From an uncultured Bacilli bacterium (GTDB taxonomy: Bacteria > Bacillota_I > Bacilli_A > RF39 > UBA660): DNA of 64,000 bases. Shown here piece by piece: positions 9,455 through 18,547 of the stretch. Position 1 is the stretch's first letter; each line of letters begins with the position of its first letter. Location of the stretch: assembly GCA_934087065.1 (NCBI GenBank), contig CAKOIS010000002.1:11880-75879 (forward strand), written 5' to 3'. The notes beneath the pieces are model-generated. The model had not been told where the DNA came from and did not search any database. It saw nothing but the letters and a program-made list of their open reading frames with translations. The position numbers and the translations under genes were made by a program.

Positions 9455-10316
9455 TAACTTTTTAAGATATTTGAAAGAATATAAAAACTATAGCGATTTA
9501 ACCATAAAGAGTTATAGCATAGACTTAAGGGAGTTTAGTGAGTACGTAAAAAAAGATTTAACTAGTGTTACTAAGGAAGATATTAAAAAGTATTTAAATT
9601 ATTTATTTGTTAAAGAAGACAAAAATAAAACAGTAAGTAGGAAGATTAGTACTTTAAAAAGCTTTTATAAATTTTTAAAGGAAAACGATGTTATTACTAT
9701 TAACCCAGCATCAAATATAAAATATCCTAAAAAAGAAAAGTCTTTACCAAAGTTTATTCCTTATAATGAGTTAGAAAGTATGATTAATGTAAGTAAAGAA
9801 GGAAAGTTTGGGGTAAGAAATAACCTTATAATTGAGTTATTATATGCAACAGGTACTAGAGTTAGTGAACTTGTTAGTATTAAATTAAGTGATATTGATT
9901 ATGATAATAAAAGTATTAGGATATTAGGAAAAGGAAGCTATGAGAGAACTGTTTTTTATGGAGACTATGCATGCGAATTACTTGACATTTATATAAATGG
10001 TTTAAGAAAAGAACTATTAGGTGGTAAACAAAATGTCTACTTGTTACTTAATAAAAATGGTGATAATATAACTACTAGAGGTATAGCAAAGATAATAGAT
10101 AATATTATAAAGGAAACCTCTATTAAAGTAAAAGTTAGTCCACATACTTTAAGACATACTTTTGCAACACATTTACTTGATAATGGATGTGATTTAAGAA
10201 GTGTACAAGAACTTCTTGGACATAAGAATATCAATACAACAGAAGTGTATACTCATGTTACAAGTGAGAGGTTAAAGGATGTATATTTTAAAAGTCATCC
10301 AAGAGGGAGGTTATAA
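9441..10316 (+). CDS. tyrosine site-specific recombinase, XerC/XerD family
   Basis: C-terminal catalytic box HTLRHTFATHLL...LGHKNINTTEVYTHV with R-H-R-Y residues. 291 aa. Start overlaps the pilin gene by 14 nt. Confidence 0.8.
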   Translation: MLVIDNFLRYLKEYKNYSDLTIKSYSIDLREFSEYVKKDLTSVTKEDIKKYLNYLFVKEDKNKTVSRKISTLKSFYKFLKENDVITINPASNIKYPKKEKSLPKFIPYNELESMINVSKEGKFGVRNNLIIELLYATGTRVSELVSIKLSDIDYDNKSIRILGKGSYERTVFYGDYACELLDIYINGLRKELLGGKQNVYLLLNKNGDNITTRGIAKIIDNIIKETSIKVKVSPHTLRHTFATHLLDNGCDLRSVQELLGHKNINTTEVYTHVTSERLKDVYFKSHPRGRL

Positions 10317-10900
10317 TGAGTAAATTGTATTTTAGATATGGTGCGATGAACTGCGGGAAAACAACAAGTTTACTACAAGTTGCACATAATTATGAAGAAA
10401 GAGGAATGAAAGTGGTTTTAATTAAACCTAGCATTGATACTAAAGCAAATGATAGCGTATCAAGTAGAATTGGTGTAGAAAGAAAAGTTGATCATTTAGT
10501 AAGTCCAGAAGAAAACTTAAAAGGATACCTAAGCTTACTAGTTGGTAACACTAGCTGTGTACTAGTTGATGAAGCACAGTTCTTAAGTGAAAATCAAGTT
10601 GAAGAGTTATTTGTATTTAGTAAACTTACCAATATACCTGTTATATGTTTTGGTTTAAGGTGTGACTTTAGAACTAATCTATTTCCAGGAAGTAAAAGAC
10701 TATTTGAACTTGCTGATGAGATAGAAGAGTTGTATACAATATGTAGATGTGGTAGAAAAGCTAGATTTAATGCAAGAATAGTAAATGGGGAGTTTACTTT
10801 GGATGGAGACCAAGTTGCAATTGATGGAGACGTAGAATATGAAAGTTTATGTGGCAAATGCTATTTAACTAAAGTTAGAAAAATGAAAGGATGGAATTAA
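10316..10900 (+). CDS. tdk: thymidine kinase
   Basis: YGAMNCGKTTSLLQ P-loop. C-terminal zinc ribbon CRCG...CGKC. Confidence 0.9.
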   Translation: MSKLYFRYGAMNCGKTTSLLQVAHNYEERGMKVVLIKPSIDTKANDSVSSRIGVERKVDHLVSPEENLKGYLSLLVGNTSCVLVDEAQFLSENQVEELFVFSKLTNIPVICFGLRCDFRTNLFPGSKRLFELADEIEELYTICRCGRKARFNARIVNGEFTLDGDQVAIDGDVEYESLCGKCYLTKVRKMKGWN

Positions 10901-10903
10901 CTT

Positions 10904-13528
10904 ATGAAATATGTTTATTTATTTAGTGAAGGAAATAAAGATATGAAAAATTTACTTGGAGGAAAAGGAGCTAACTTAGCAGAAATGACTAAACTTGGTT
11001 TACCTGTTCCACAAGGTTTTACTATAACAACTGAAGCTTGTACAAAATATTATGAAGATGGAGAAGTTATCAGTAAAGAAATAGAAAGTGAAATACTAGA
11101 AAACATTAAAAAGATGGAAAGTATTACTGGAAAAAGTTTTGGTAGTACAACAAACCCACTTTTAGTTAGTGTTAGAAGTGGTGCAAGAGCAAGCATGCCT
11201 GGTATGATGGACACAATACTAAATTTAGGATTAAATGAAAGTGTTGTAGAAACTTTAGCAGAAAAAAGTGGAAACGCTAGATGGGCATGGGACTCTTATA
11301 GAAGATTTATTCAAATGTATTCTGATGTTGTAATGGAAGTTGGAAAGAAATACTTTGAAGTGTTAATAGATAAAATGAAAGAAAGTAAAGGTGTTAAACT
11401 AGATACTGAGTTAACTAGTGAAGATTTAAAAGAACTTGCTAATATGTTTAAAGCTGAATATAAAAGCAAAGTAGGAAGTGACTTCCCAACAGACCCAGTT
11501 GAGCAATTAATGGGTGCAGTAAAGGCAGTATTCCGTAGTTGGGATAACCCAAGAGCAAACGTTTATAGAAGAGATAATGATATACCATATTCTTGGGGAA
11601 CAGCTGTAAATGTTCAAATGATGGCATTTGGTAATATGGGTGAAACATCAGGGACTGGTGTTGCATTTACAAGAGACCCAGCAACTGGAGAAAAACATTT
11701 AATGGGAGAATTCTTAATGAATGCTCAAGGAGAAGACGTAGTAGCAGGAGTTCGTACACCTGAACCTATTAGTCACTTAAAAGATGTGATGCCTATAGTA
11801 TACGAAGAATTTGTTGGTATTTGTGAAAAACTAGAAAATCATTATCATGATATGCAAGATATGGAGTTTACTATAGAAGATAAACATTTATATATGTTAC
11901 AAACTAGAAATGGTAAAAGAACTGCTAAGGCTGCATTAAAAATCGCGTGTGATTTAGTAGATGAAGGAAAAATTACAGACAAAGAAGCTGTTTTAATGAT
12001 AGACCCAAGAAACTTAGATACATTACTTCACCCAACATTTGACCCAGCTGAGTTAAAGAATGCTACTGAAATAGGAAAAGGGTTAGCTGCATCTCCTGGG
12101 GCCGCTAGTGGAAAAGTTGTATTTACTGCAGGGGACGCTAAAAAAATGCATGAAAGTGGAGAAAAAGTAGTGCTTGTAAGACTAGAAACATCTCCTGAAG
12201 ATATAGAAGGAATGAAATCAAGTGAAGGAATTTTAACAGTACGAGGTGGAATGACTTCTCATGCTGCTGTAGTTGCTCGTGGAATGGGTTCATGCTGTGT
12301 AAGTGGATGCTCTAGTATTGTGATGGATGAAGAAAACAAAGTCTTCACATTAGGTGGTTATACTTTTCATGAAGGAGATGAAATTTCTATAGATGGTTCA
12401 ACTGGTAAAATTTATAAGGGACTTATTAATAAGGTAGATGCAACTATCACTGGAGAGTTTGGTCGTATCATGGCTTGGGCTGATAAATATAGACGTCTTG
12501 GTGTTAGAACTAATGCTGATACACCAAAAGATGCATTAAAAGCAAGAGAACTTGGTGCAGAAGGTATAGGACTATGCCGAACTGAACACATGTTCTTTGA
12601 AAAAGATAGAATAGCTGCAATTAGAGAAATGATAGTATCTGATACCGTGGAAGAAAGAAAGGCTGCTTTAGCTAAAATTGAACCAATGCAACAAAAAGAC
12701 TTTGAAGCACTTTATGAAGCAATGGAAGAATATAGTGTAACAATAAGATACTTAGACCCACCACTACATGAATTTGTGCCTACTACAGAAGAAGACATTA
12801 AATTACTTGCTGATACTCAAGGAAAGAGTGTTGAACAAGTTAAAAATATTATTGCTTCACTTCATGAATTTAACCCAATGATGGGACATCGTGGTTGTCG
12901 TCTTGCTGTTACTTTCCCTGAAATAGCAGAAATGCAAACTGAAGCTGTTATAAAAGCTGCAATTGAAGTTAGTAAGAGAACTGGTAAAATGGTAACTCCT
13001 GAAATAATGATACCTTTAGTTGGTGAAGTTAAAGAATTAAAATATGTTAAAAATATAGTAACTAAAACAGCTGATGAGATTATTAAGAATGAAGAAATAG
13101 ATATGACTTATCATGTTGGTACAATGATAGAAATTCCACGTGCTGCTTTAACTGCAGATGAAATAGCAAAAGAAGCTGACTTCTTCAGTTTTGGTACTAA
13201 CGATTTAACTCAAATGACATTTGGTTTTTCAAGAGATGACGCAGGTAAATTCTTAACTGACTATTATGATAAAAAGATATATGAGAATGATCCATTTGCT
13301 AAACTAGACCAAAAAGGTGTTGGAAAACTTGTTAAAATGGCTAGTACTTTAGGAAGGGAAGCAAATCCTAACATACATTTAGGAATATGTGGAGAGCATG
13401 GAGGAGATCCATCAAGCGTAGAGTTCTGTCATAATGTAGGACTAGATTACGTATCTTGCAGCCCTTACCGTGTTCCAATAGCAAGGCTTAGTGCTGCGCA
13501 AGCCGCAATCAATAACGGGGATAAATAA
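10904..13528 (+). CDS. ppdK: pyruvate, phosphate dikinase
   Basis: 874 aa. ATP-grasp N-terminal domain, phosphohistidine domain GGMTSHAAVVARGMG, PEP-utilising C-terminal TIM barrel. Confidence 0.9.
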   Translation: MKYVYLFSEGNKDMKNLLGGKGANLAEMTKLGLPVPQGFTITTEACTKYYEDGEVISKEIESEILENIKKMESITGKSFGSTTNPLLVSVRSGARASMPGMMDTILNLGLNESVVETLAEKSGNARWAWDSYRRFIQMYSDVVMEVGKKYFEVLIDKMKESKGVKLDTELTSEDLKELANMFKAEYKSKVGSDFPTDPVEQLMGAVKAVFRSWDNPRANVYRRDNDIPYSWGTAVNVQMMAFGNMGETSGTGVAFTRDPATGEKHLMGEFLMNAQGEDVVAGVRTPEPISHLKDVMPIVYEEFVGICEKLENHYHDMQDMEFTIEDKHLYMLQTRNGKRTAKAALKIACDLVDEGKITDKEAVLMIDPRNLDTLLHPTFDPAELKNATEIGKGLAASPGAASGKVVFTAGDAKKMHESGEKVVLVRLETSPEDIEGMKSSEGILTVRGGMTSHAAVVARGMGSCCVSGCSSIVMDEENKVFTLGGYTFHEGDEISIDGSTGKIYKGLINKVDATITGEFGRIMAWADKYRRLGVRTNADTPKDALKARELGAEGIGLCRTEHMFFEKDRIAAIREMIVSDTVEERKAALAKIEPMQQKDFEALYEAMEEYSVTIRYLDPPLHEFVPTTEEDIKLLADTQGKSVEQVKNIIASLHEFNPMMGHRGCRLAVTFPEIAEMQTEAVIKAAIEVSKRTGKMVTPEIMIPLVGEVKELKYVKNIVTKTADEIIKNEEIDMTYHVGTMIEIPRAALTADEIAKEADFFSFGTNDLTQMTFGFSRDDAGKFLTDYYDKKIYENDPFAKLDQKGVGKLVKMASTLGREANPNIHLGICGEHGGDPSSVEFCHNVGLDYVSCSPYRVPIARLSAAQAAINNGDK

Positions 13529-13546
13529 TTAATTAAAATTTATAAC

Positions 13547-13580
13547 CAAAAATCCTAGAAAAATCTAGGATTTTTTTGTT
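13547..13580 (+). terminator. rho-independent terminator (aaaaatcctag...ctaggattttttt)
   Basis: Perfect 11-bp stem followed by a T-run, 20 nt after the ppdK stop. Confidence 0.7.
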
Positions 13581-13719
13581 TTTGATATAAATTTATATTT
13601 AATTAATTTTTATATAAAATTAATATAAAATTTGAAAATTAGACTAAGATATTGATTAATGTCGCATATCCTTAGCTTTTTTTATACTTTTTTGCGACAG
13701 GAAAAAAGGAGGTGAGAGA

Positions 13720-14181
13720 GTGCGAAATCGAATATATTTAAGGCCTGAACTTTATGATTTATCACAAGGAACAAGAATTAAATTTGTAAGGATATTTAGA
13801 CATTTAACTCAAGATAATATTTCAGATGATTTAGGAATAACTGGAGAAAACAAAAGAAGAACTTTAACTAGATATGAAAAAGGAGATAGAAATCCAAGTA
13901 AATCTAGATTACAGGAATTATCTAAGATACTTTTAGTAAATGATAATTTAATTAAACAATATGAATTTAAATGTGTATCAGATATTTTGTATTTTCTTTT
14001 ATGGTTAGAAGAAATGTTTCCTAAAATTAGAATTGATTTAGGAACAAATGATGAAACAATTAATTTATTCTTTGACGAATGGAATAATATGAGAGATAAA
14101 AAACAAAAAATGATAATTAATTATGAAGAATATTTTGAATGGAAGATAAATTATAAAGTAAAGGAAGATAGTAATGAATGA
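13720..14181 (+). CDS. hypothetical protein with XRE-like HTH (GTG start)
   Basis: RBS aaggaggtgagag. HTH-like DNISDDLGITGENKRRTLTRYEKG. Sits in an AT-rich island. Confidence 0.4.
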   Translation: MRNRIYLRPELYDLSQGTRIKFVRIFRHLTQDNISDDLGITGENKRRTLTRYEKGDRNPSKSRLQELSKILLVNDNLIKQYEFKCVSDILYFLLWLEEMFPKIRIDLGTNDETINLFFDEWNNMRDKKQKMIINYEEYFEWKINYKVKEDSNE

Positions 14182-14431
14182 AATAATAAAAATTAAAATT
14201 AGTGAAATAGATGATTTTAAGAATCATCCATATAAAGTAGAGTTAGGCGATGAATTAAATGATTTAGTAGAAAGTATAAAATTAAATGGATTATTAGTAC
14301 CTATTGTAGTAAGAAGAAAAGAGAATGATAGATATGAATTGTTATCAGGTCATAGAAGAAAGAAAGTATATGAAATATTAGGGTTAGAAGAAATAGATGC
14401 AATTATTAAATTAATTTACAGTTTTAAATAA
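14174..14431 (+). pseudogene. ParB N-terminal (ParB/Srx) domain fragment, 85 aa, apparently truncated
   Basis: ParB-box-like GLLVPIVVRRKENDRYELLSGHRRKKV. Only ~85 aa where a full ParB is ~250-300 aa. Overlaps the previous ORF (ATGAATGA). Confidence 0.45.
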
Positions 14432-14575
14432 AAATTATTTTAACTATAATGTGTTAGAAACTAAAACTATTAATCACAAATGATTGAGGCAAGAGAAAAA
14501 TCTAGTCCTTTTAAATTTTATATTTATTAATTTATAAAAATATGGTATAATGTATTTGATGAGGAGGACAATAAT

Positions 14576-14842
14576 ATGAGTAAAAGATATGATGAATATA
14601 TAAATAAAGTTACAAATAAAATGAACAATAATTTTCTAGCTGAAGTAATACCAATGGTTCCAGATGTTGATCAAAAATTAGAAAGAGAAATTAGAGATAG
14701 AGCAATCATCGAATTGGTAAAAATGTCTATTAGCAAAGGAATGGAATTAACATATGGTGATATCTGTCTAATGATAGATGACGATCCTTCTGAAAAAGAA
14801 TATGAAAATATAAAAAATGAATTAACGCCTAGAACAAAGTAG
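14576..14842 (+). CDS. hypothetical protein (88 aa)
   Basis: RBS gaggagg. Upstream extended -10 promoter (tgGTATAAT) at about 14540-14553. Confidence 0.3.
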   Translation: MSKRYDEYINKVTNKMNNNFLAEVIPMVPDVDQKLEREIRDRAIIELVKMSISKGMELTYGDICLMIDDDPSEKEYENIKNELTPRTK

Positions 14843-15120
14843 TTTGAACTAATCAAATTGTATCTTTAAAATAATGATGGTATAATTATAATCATCATGT
14901 ATTAACGAGTAAGGTATCAAAACTTTTAAATAATATTTTTATAATGATTGGGATTTAATCTATTACCTTTATTGATTGCGGTATATACTATTGAAAGTTG
15001 GTAGTAGAAATCTATCCCCTATAAAGACGGTGGCACAAGCTGCTTTAAAAAGTGAATAGTTTATAGGCAATTAACTGTAATAAAAAAATAATTTCTGAAT
15101 AAAATATAAGTGTATGCTAT

Positions 15121-15149
15121 TTGACATTTTCTTAAAAATATAGTATACT
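15121..15149 (+). promoter_or_regulatory. sigma-A promoter TTGACA-17-TATACT driving the toxI-like repeats
   Basis: Consensus -35 TTGACA (15121-15126), 17-nt spacer, -10 TATACT (15144-15149). Confidence 0.6.
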
Positions 15150-15172
15150 TATAATGCACTGAGAAAGTGTGT

Positions 15173-15290
15173 AAATGTTTGCCGCTTATGGATGGCGCGG
15201 GTTATAAATGAGTCCAATCGCGAAATGTTAGTCGCTTCCGAGTGGTGCGAGTTATAAGTGATCTCGGTTGAAAATGTTTGAAAACTCCTA
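15173..15290 (+). ncRNA. putative type III antitoxin RNA (ToxI/antiQ-like): about 2.2 tandem ~50-nt repeats each starting AAATGTT
   Basis: Repeat 1 (15173-15222) and repeat 2 (15223-15272) match at 33 of 50 positions in register. A partial third repeat starts at 15273. The segment is GC-richer than its surroundings and lies between a promoter and a terminator directly upstream of the toxN-like CDS. Confidence 0.5.
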
Positions 15291-15312
15291 CATTTTGATG
15301 GAGTTTTCTTTT
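15281..15312 (+). terminator. rho-independent terminator/attenuator (aaaactcc...ggagttttcttttt)
   Basis: 8-bp stem plus a T-run, 35 nt upstream of the toxN start. Typical transcriptional attenuator of type III TA loci. Confidence 0.6.
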
Positions 15313-15346
15313 TCATTGTGATAAAATACTTTTAGGAGGCGATAAT

Positions 15347-15817
15347 ATGAAAGTACAAACCGGCTATATTTACCATATTAAAGACAAGTTTTTTGATGTT
15401 GTGAATGATGAAGGGCTAATGATAAATCATGAGAATTGTAAAACAAGACCAACATATTTTACTATTCGCGATAATGATATTTTATGGTTTATACCACTAA
15501 GTAGCAAAGTACAAAAATATCAGCCCATAATTGATAAAAAAATTAAAAAGTATGGAAGTTGTAAGTCTATATTAATAGGTCAAATTGCAAATAGAAAGTC
15601 AGCTATTTTACTACAAAATGCATTTCCAACTTTAGAAAAGTATATCGATCATGTACATACTATTAATGGTGCTCCCGTTAGAGTAGCTGATAATTTAAAA
15701 GATAAAATATTGGAAAACTTTAATTCTATGTTGGCTATGAAAAAAGAAGGTATTAATTTATTTTTTGCTGATATAGATACATTAAAACAAAAAATGTTGA
15801 ATGAGTTAAACGAATAA
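15347..15817 (+). CDS. toxN: type III toxin-antitoxin toxin, ToxN/AbiQ-family endoribonuclease
   Basis: 156 aa. The N-terminal YIYHIKDKFFDVVND and the TRPTYFTIRDNDILWFIPLSSKVQKY core resemble AbiQ/ToxN. The genomic context (promoter-repeats-terminator-CDS) is diagnostic. Confidence 0.65.
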   Translation: MKVQTGYIYHIKDKFFDVVNDEGLMINHENCKTRPTYFTIRDNDILWFIPLSSKVQKYQPIIDKKIKKYGSCKSILIGQIANRKSAILLQNAFPTLEKYIDHVHTINGAPVRVADNLKDKILENFNSMLAMKKEGINLFFADIDTLKQKMLNELNE

Positions 15818-15968
15818 CTAATTTAAAGAGAAATATTTAAAAATCAATTAAATTTTTCTCTTTTGTATTTATAAAAATACACTTAAAAATAAAGTTAAAA
15901 ATATTATAGAATTTCACTTGTAATATTTGCCCATTTAATATAAAATAGATTTATAGGAGGAATAGCTT

Positions 15969-17270
15969 ATGAATAAAGTAACACTTTTACCAGCAGACAT
16001 TTATCAAGTTATAAATAAGAGTTTACTAAGTGAAATGGATAAACTTGTTTTAAATATGCTTTATATGCCTATAATAGGAAATACTAGTGTTACTTTATAT
16101 AACATTTTATATAATGAATTAAAAGCTAACAATTATATCTCAAGTGAACTTACACATCACCACTTAATGACTAATTTAGGTGATACTTTAGAAAACATTA
16201 AAGAAGCAAGAATAAAACTAGAAGGAGTAGGTTTAATGAAAACTTACGTAAAAGAAGGAAATGTTAATTCATATGTTTATGAGTTATATAGTCCATTATC
16301 GGTAAGTGAGTTCTTTAACCATCCTATATTCAATATGGTGCTTTATAATAATGTTGGTAAAGAAGAATATTTAAGAATTAAATCTTATTTTAAATTGCCT
16401 ACTGTAAATTTAAGCAATTACACTGACATTACTAGTGCTTTTGATATGACTTTTAAAAGCAAAAATTATACAAGTTTTGAACTTAACTATGATAAAGAAC
16501 TTGTCAAAAAAGAAAAAAGACCACTTGAATATGAAATGATGTTTGACTTTGATGCGATGTTAAGTGGAATTCCAAAAAATCTTTTAAATGACAAAGCACT
16601 TATGAAAAGTTCTAAAGAACTTATTACAAACTTAGCTTTTCTATATAATTTAGACCCACTTACAATGGGGGATCTTGTTAAAATTAGTCTAAACGAAAAA
16701 GGTCTTATTGATAAAGAACTATTAAAAACAAATGTAAGAAAATACTATCAATTTAATAATGATGGCAGATTACCTAGCTTAATATTTAAATGCCAACCTG
16801 ATCATTTGAGAAGCCCAAGTGGAGATAATACTTTAAAAGGAAGAATTATTAAAGTATTTGAAACACTAAAACCTTATGACTTTTTAAAGAGCAAATATAA
16901 AGGTGTTAGACCAACTGAAAGAGATATGAAAATTCTTGAGATGCTTGTAGTTGACCTAAAACTTAACCCAGCAGTGGTAAATGTTTTAATTGATTATGTT
17001 TTAAAAACTCAAAATAATCGTTTAGTAAAAGCATATGTTGAAACAATTGCTGGTGAGTGGAAAAGAGCAAATATTGAAACAGCAAAAGAAGCAATGGAAT
17101 ACGCTGAAAAAGCACATAAGAGATTAAAAAAAATTAAAGAAACAAAAGTCTCACCTAAAGTGAAGAAAGAAGAAACAACACCAGACTGGTTTAATAAAAA
17201 TTTACAAAAAGAAGAAGTAAATGATGAAGCAAAAGAAGAAATAGAAAGTTTCTTAAAGGAGTATGTATGA
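15969..17270 (+). CDS. replication initiation and membrane attachment protein (DnaD-domain, B. subtilis DnaB-like)
   Basis: 433 aa. DnaB_2/DnaD-like domains. Translationally coupled to the downstream dnaI (ATGA overlap). Confidence 0.7.
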   Translation: MNKVTLLPADIYQVINKSLLSEMDKLVLNMLYMPIIGNTSVTLYNILYNELKANNYISSELTHHHLMTNLGDTLENIKEARIKLEGVGLMKTYVKEGNVNSYVYELYSPLSVSEFFNHPIFNMVLYNNVGKEEYLRIKSYFKLPTVNLSNYTDITSAFDMTFKSKNYTSFELNYDKELVKKEKRPLEYEMMFDFDAMLSGIPKNLLNDKALMKSSKELITNLAFLYNLDPLTMGDLVKISLNEKGLIDKELLKTNVRKYYQFNNDGRLPSLIFKCQPDHLRSPSGDNTLKGRIIKVFETLKPYDFLKSKYKGVRPTERDMKILEMLVVDLKLNPAVVNVLIDYVLKTQNNRLVKAYVETIAGEWKRANIETAKEAMEYAEKAHKRLKKIKETKVSPKVKKEETTPDWFNKNLQKEEVNDEAKEEIESFLKEYV

Positions 17271-18175
17271 GAAATGTAGAAAATTTAGTTTCAAGTAAAA
17301 AAGATTTAGCAGCAATTAATAGAAAAAATTTTAAATTATCTATGACAGACAATGATTTTGCAAATCTTGCATACAAGTTAGACTTAAGTGAAGACGTATT
17401 AATGAAATATACTACCAAACTAGAGCATACTGTTTGTGAACTTAAAAACTGTAAAAATTGTAAGGGCTTGAAGTTTTGCAAAAATGAAGTAAAAGGGTAT
17501 GTAAACTTTCCTTCAAAAAAAGATGAGGTACTTATATTTAGTTACACACCATGTAGGTTTAAAAAAGAATATGACAAATATAAAAGCAATACTGTATTTT
17601 ATGAAATGCCAACTAGTTTAATGAATGCGAGAATGAAAGATATTTATGTAGATGATAATGCTAGAGTAGAGCTCTTAAAGTACATCAAAAGTTTTATGAA
17701 GGAGTTTCCTAATAAAAAAGGAATATACTTAAGTGGTTCTTTTGGTAGTGGAAAAAGTTATATAATAAATGCCGTATTAAATGAGCTTAGTAGAAAAGGA
17801 TACACTTCAGTAAGTATTTACTATCCAACACTTCTAAAAAAGTTAAAAGACTCATTTAATAATAAAAATGAAAGTTTTGAGCAAATGTTTAACGAACTCC
17901 TTAACTCTGATTTGCTTTTAATAGACGATATTGGTGCAGAAAATAATACCCCTTGGGCAAGAGATGAAGTATTAGGTAGTTTATTACAAAGTAGAATGGA
18001 TAACAAAAAAATAACATTCTTTACTTCAAATTTTACACTTCAAGAATTAGAAAGTCATCTTAGTGAAACTTCTTCAAGCACAGATAAAATTAAAGCAAGA
18101 AGAATAATTGAAAGAATAAAAGAACTAACTGTGCCAATTAGTTTAATTGGTGAAGATAAGAGAAATAGGGAGTAG
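17267..18175 (+). CDS. dnaI: primosomal protein DnaI (helicase loader)
   Basis: N-terminal Cys-rich zinc module (CELKNCKNCKGLKFC). AAA+ Walker A LSGSFGSGKSY and Walker B LLLIDDIG. Confidence 0.8.
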   Translation: MRNVENLVSSKKDLAAINRKNFKLSMTDNDFANLAYKLDLSEDVLMKYTTKLEHTVCELKNCKNCKGLKFCKNEVKGYVNFPSKKDEVLIFSYTPCRFKKEYDKYKSNTVFYEMPTSLMNARMKDIYVDDNARVELLKYIKSFMKEFPNKKGIYLSGSFGSGKSYIINAVLNELSRKGYTSVSIYYPTLLKKLKDSFNNKNESFEQMFNELLNSDLLLIDDIGAENNTPWARDEVLGSLLQSRMDNKKITFFTSNFTLQELESHLSETSSSTDKIKARRIIERIKELTVPISLIGEDKRNRE

Positions 18176-18180
18176 TAGTT

Positions 18181-18378
18181 ATGAATGTAAAAGATATTGA
18201 TAACAAAATAAGTGAGTTAGTTAGGGAAAAACAACTATTAAATAAGAGTTTGAAAAGAACTAATGATATTAATGAAATAAAGGGTATAAAAAAGAGAATA
18301 ATTGAATTAAACGGTTTAATTAATATAGAAAAAAGTAAATATAATGAAGTAGAAAAAAGTTTGGAAGTAAATATTTGA
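18181..18378 (+). CDS. hypothetical coiled-coil protein (65 aa)
   Basis: ORF only. Tightly follows dnaI. Confidence 0.3.
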   Translation: MNVKDIDNKISELVREKQLLNKSLKRTNDINEIKGIKKRIIELNGLINIEKSKYNEVEKSLEVNI

Positions 18379-18547
18379 TATAATTAAAGTTACGTAATTA
18401 AGTAAAAATATCTATATATAAGAGGGGAAAAAGTGATAACCCTCTTTTTACTATTTAGTTAAATTGTGAAAACTTTAAAAATTGTTTTTTTGCTTGCAAA
18501 ATATACTTTTTTATTATAAAATATTAATAGAGAATAGAAGGGATAAT

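Noticed and set aside
15173-15290. Tandem repeats considered as a possible mini-CRISPR array
   Set aside because: The repeats are contiguous without spacers, about 50 nt long and only ~66% identical. They are flanked by a promoter and a terminator immediately upstream of a ToxN-like gene, which matches a type III antitoxin RNA and not CRISPR.
15969-18175. DnaD-domain plus DnaI pair considered as a phage or ICE replication module linked to the upstream TA and ParB fragment
   Set aside because: Their sizes (433 and 302 aa), the N-terminal zinc module of DnaI and the translational coupling match the chromosomal dnaB-dnaI operon of Firmicutes. They are kept as housekeeping genes, while the upstream island is flagged as a probable remnant.
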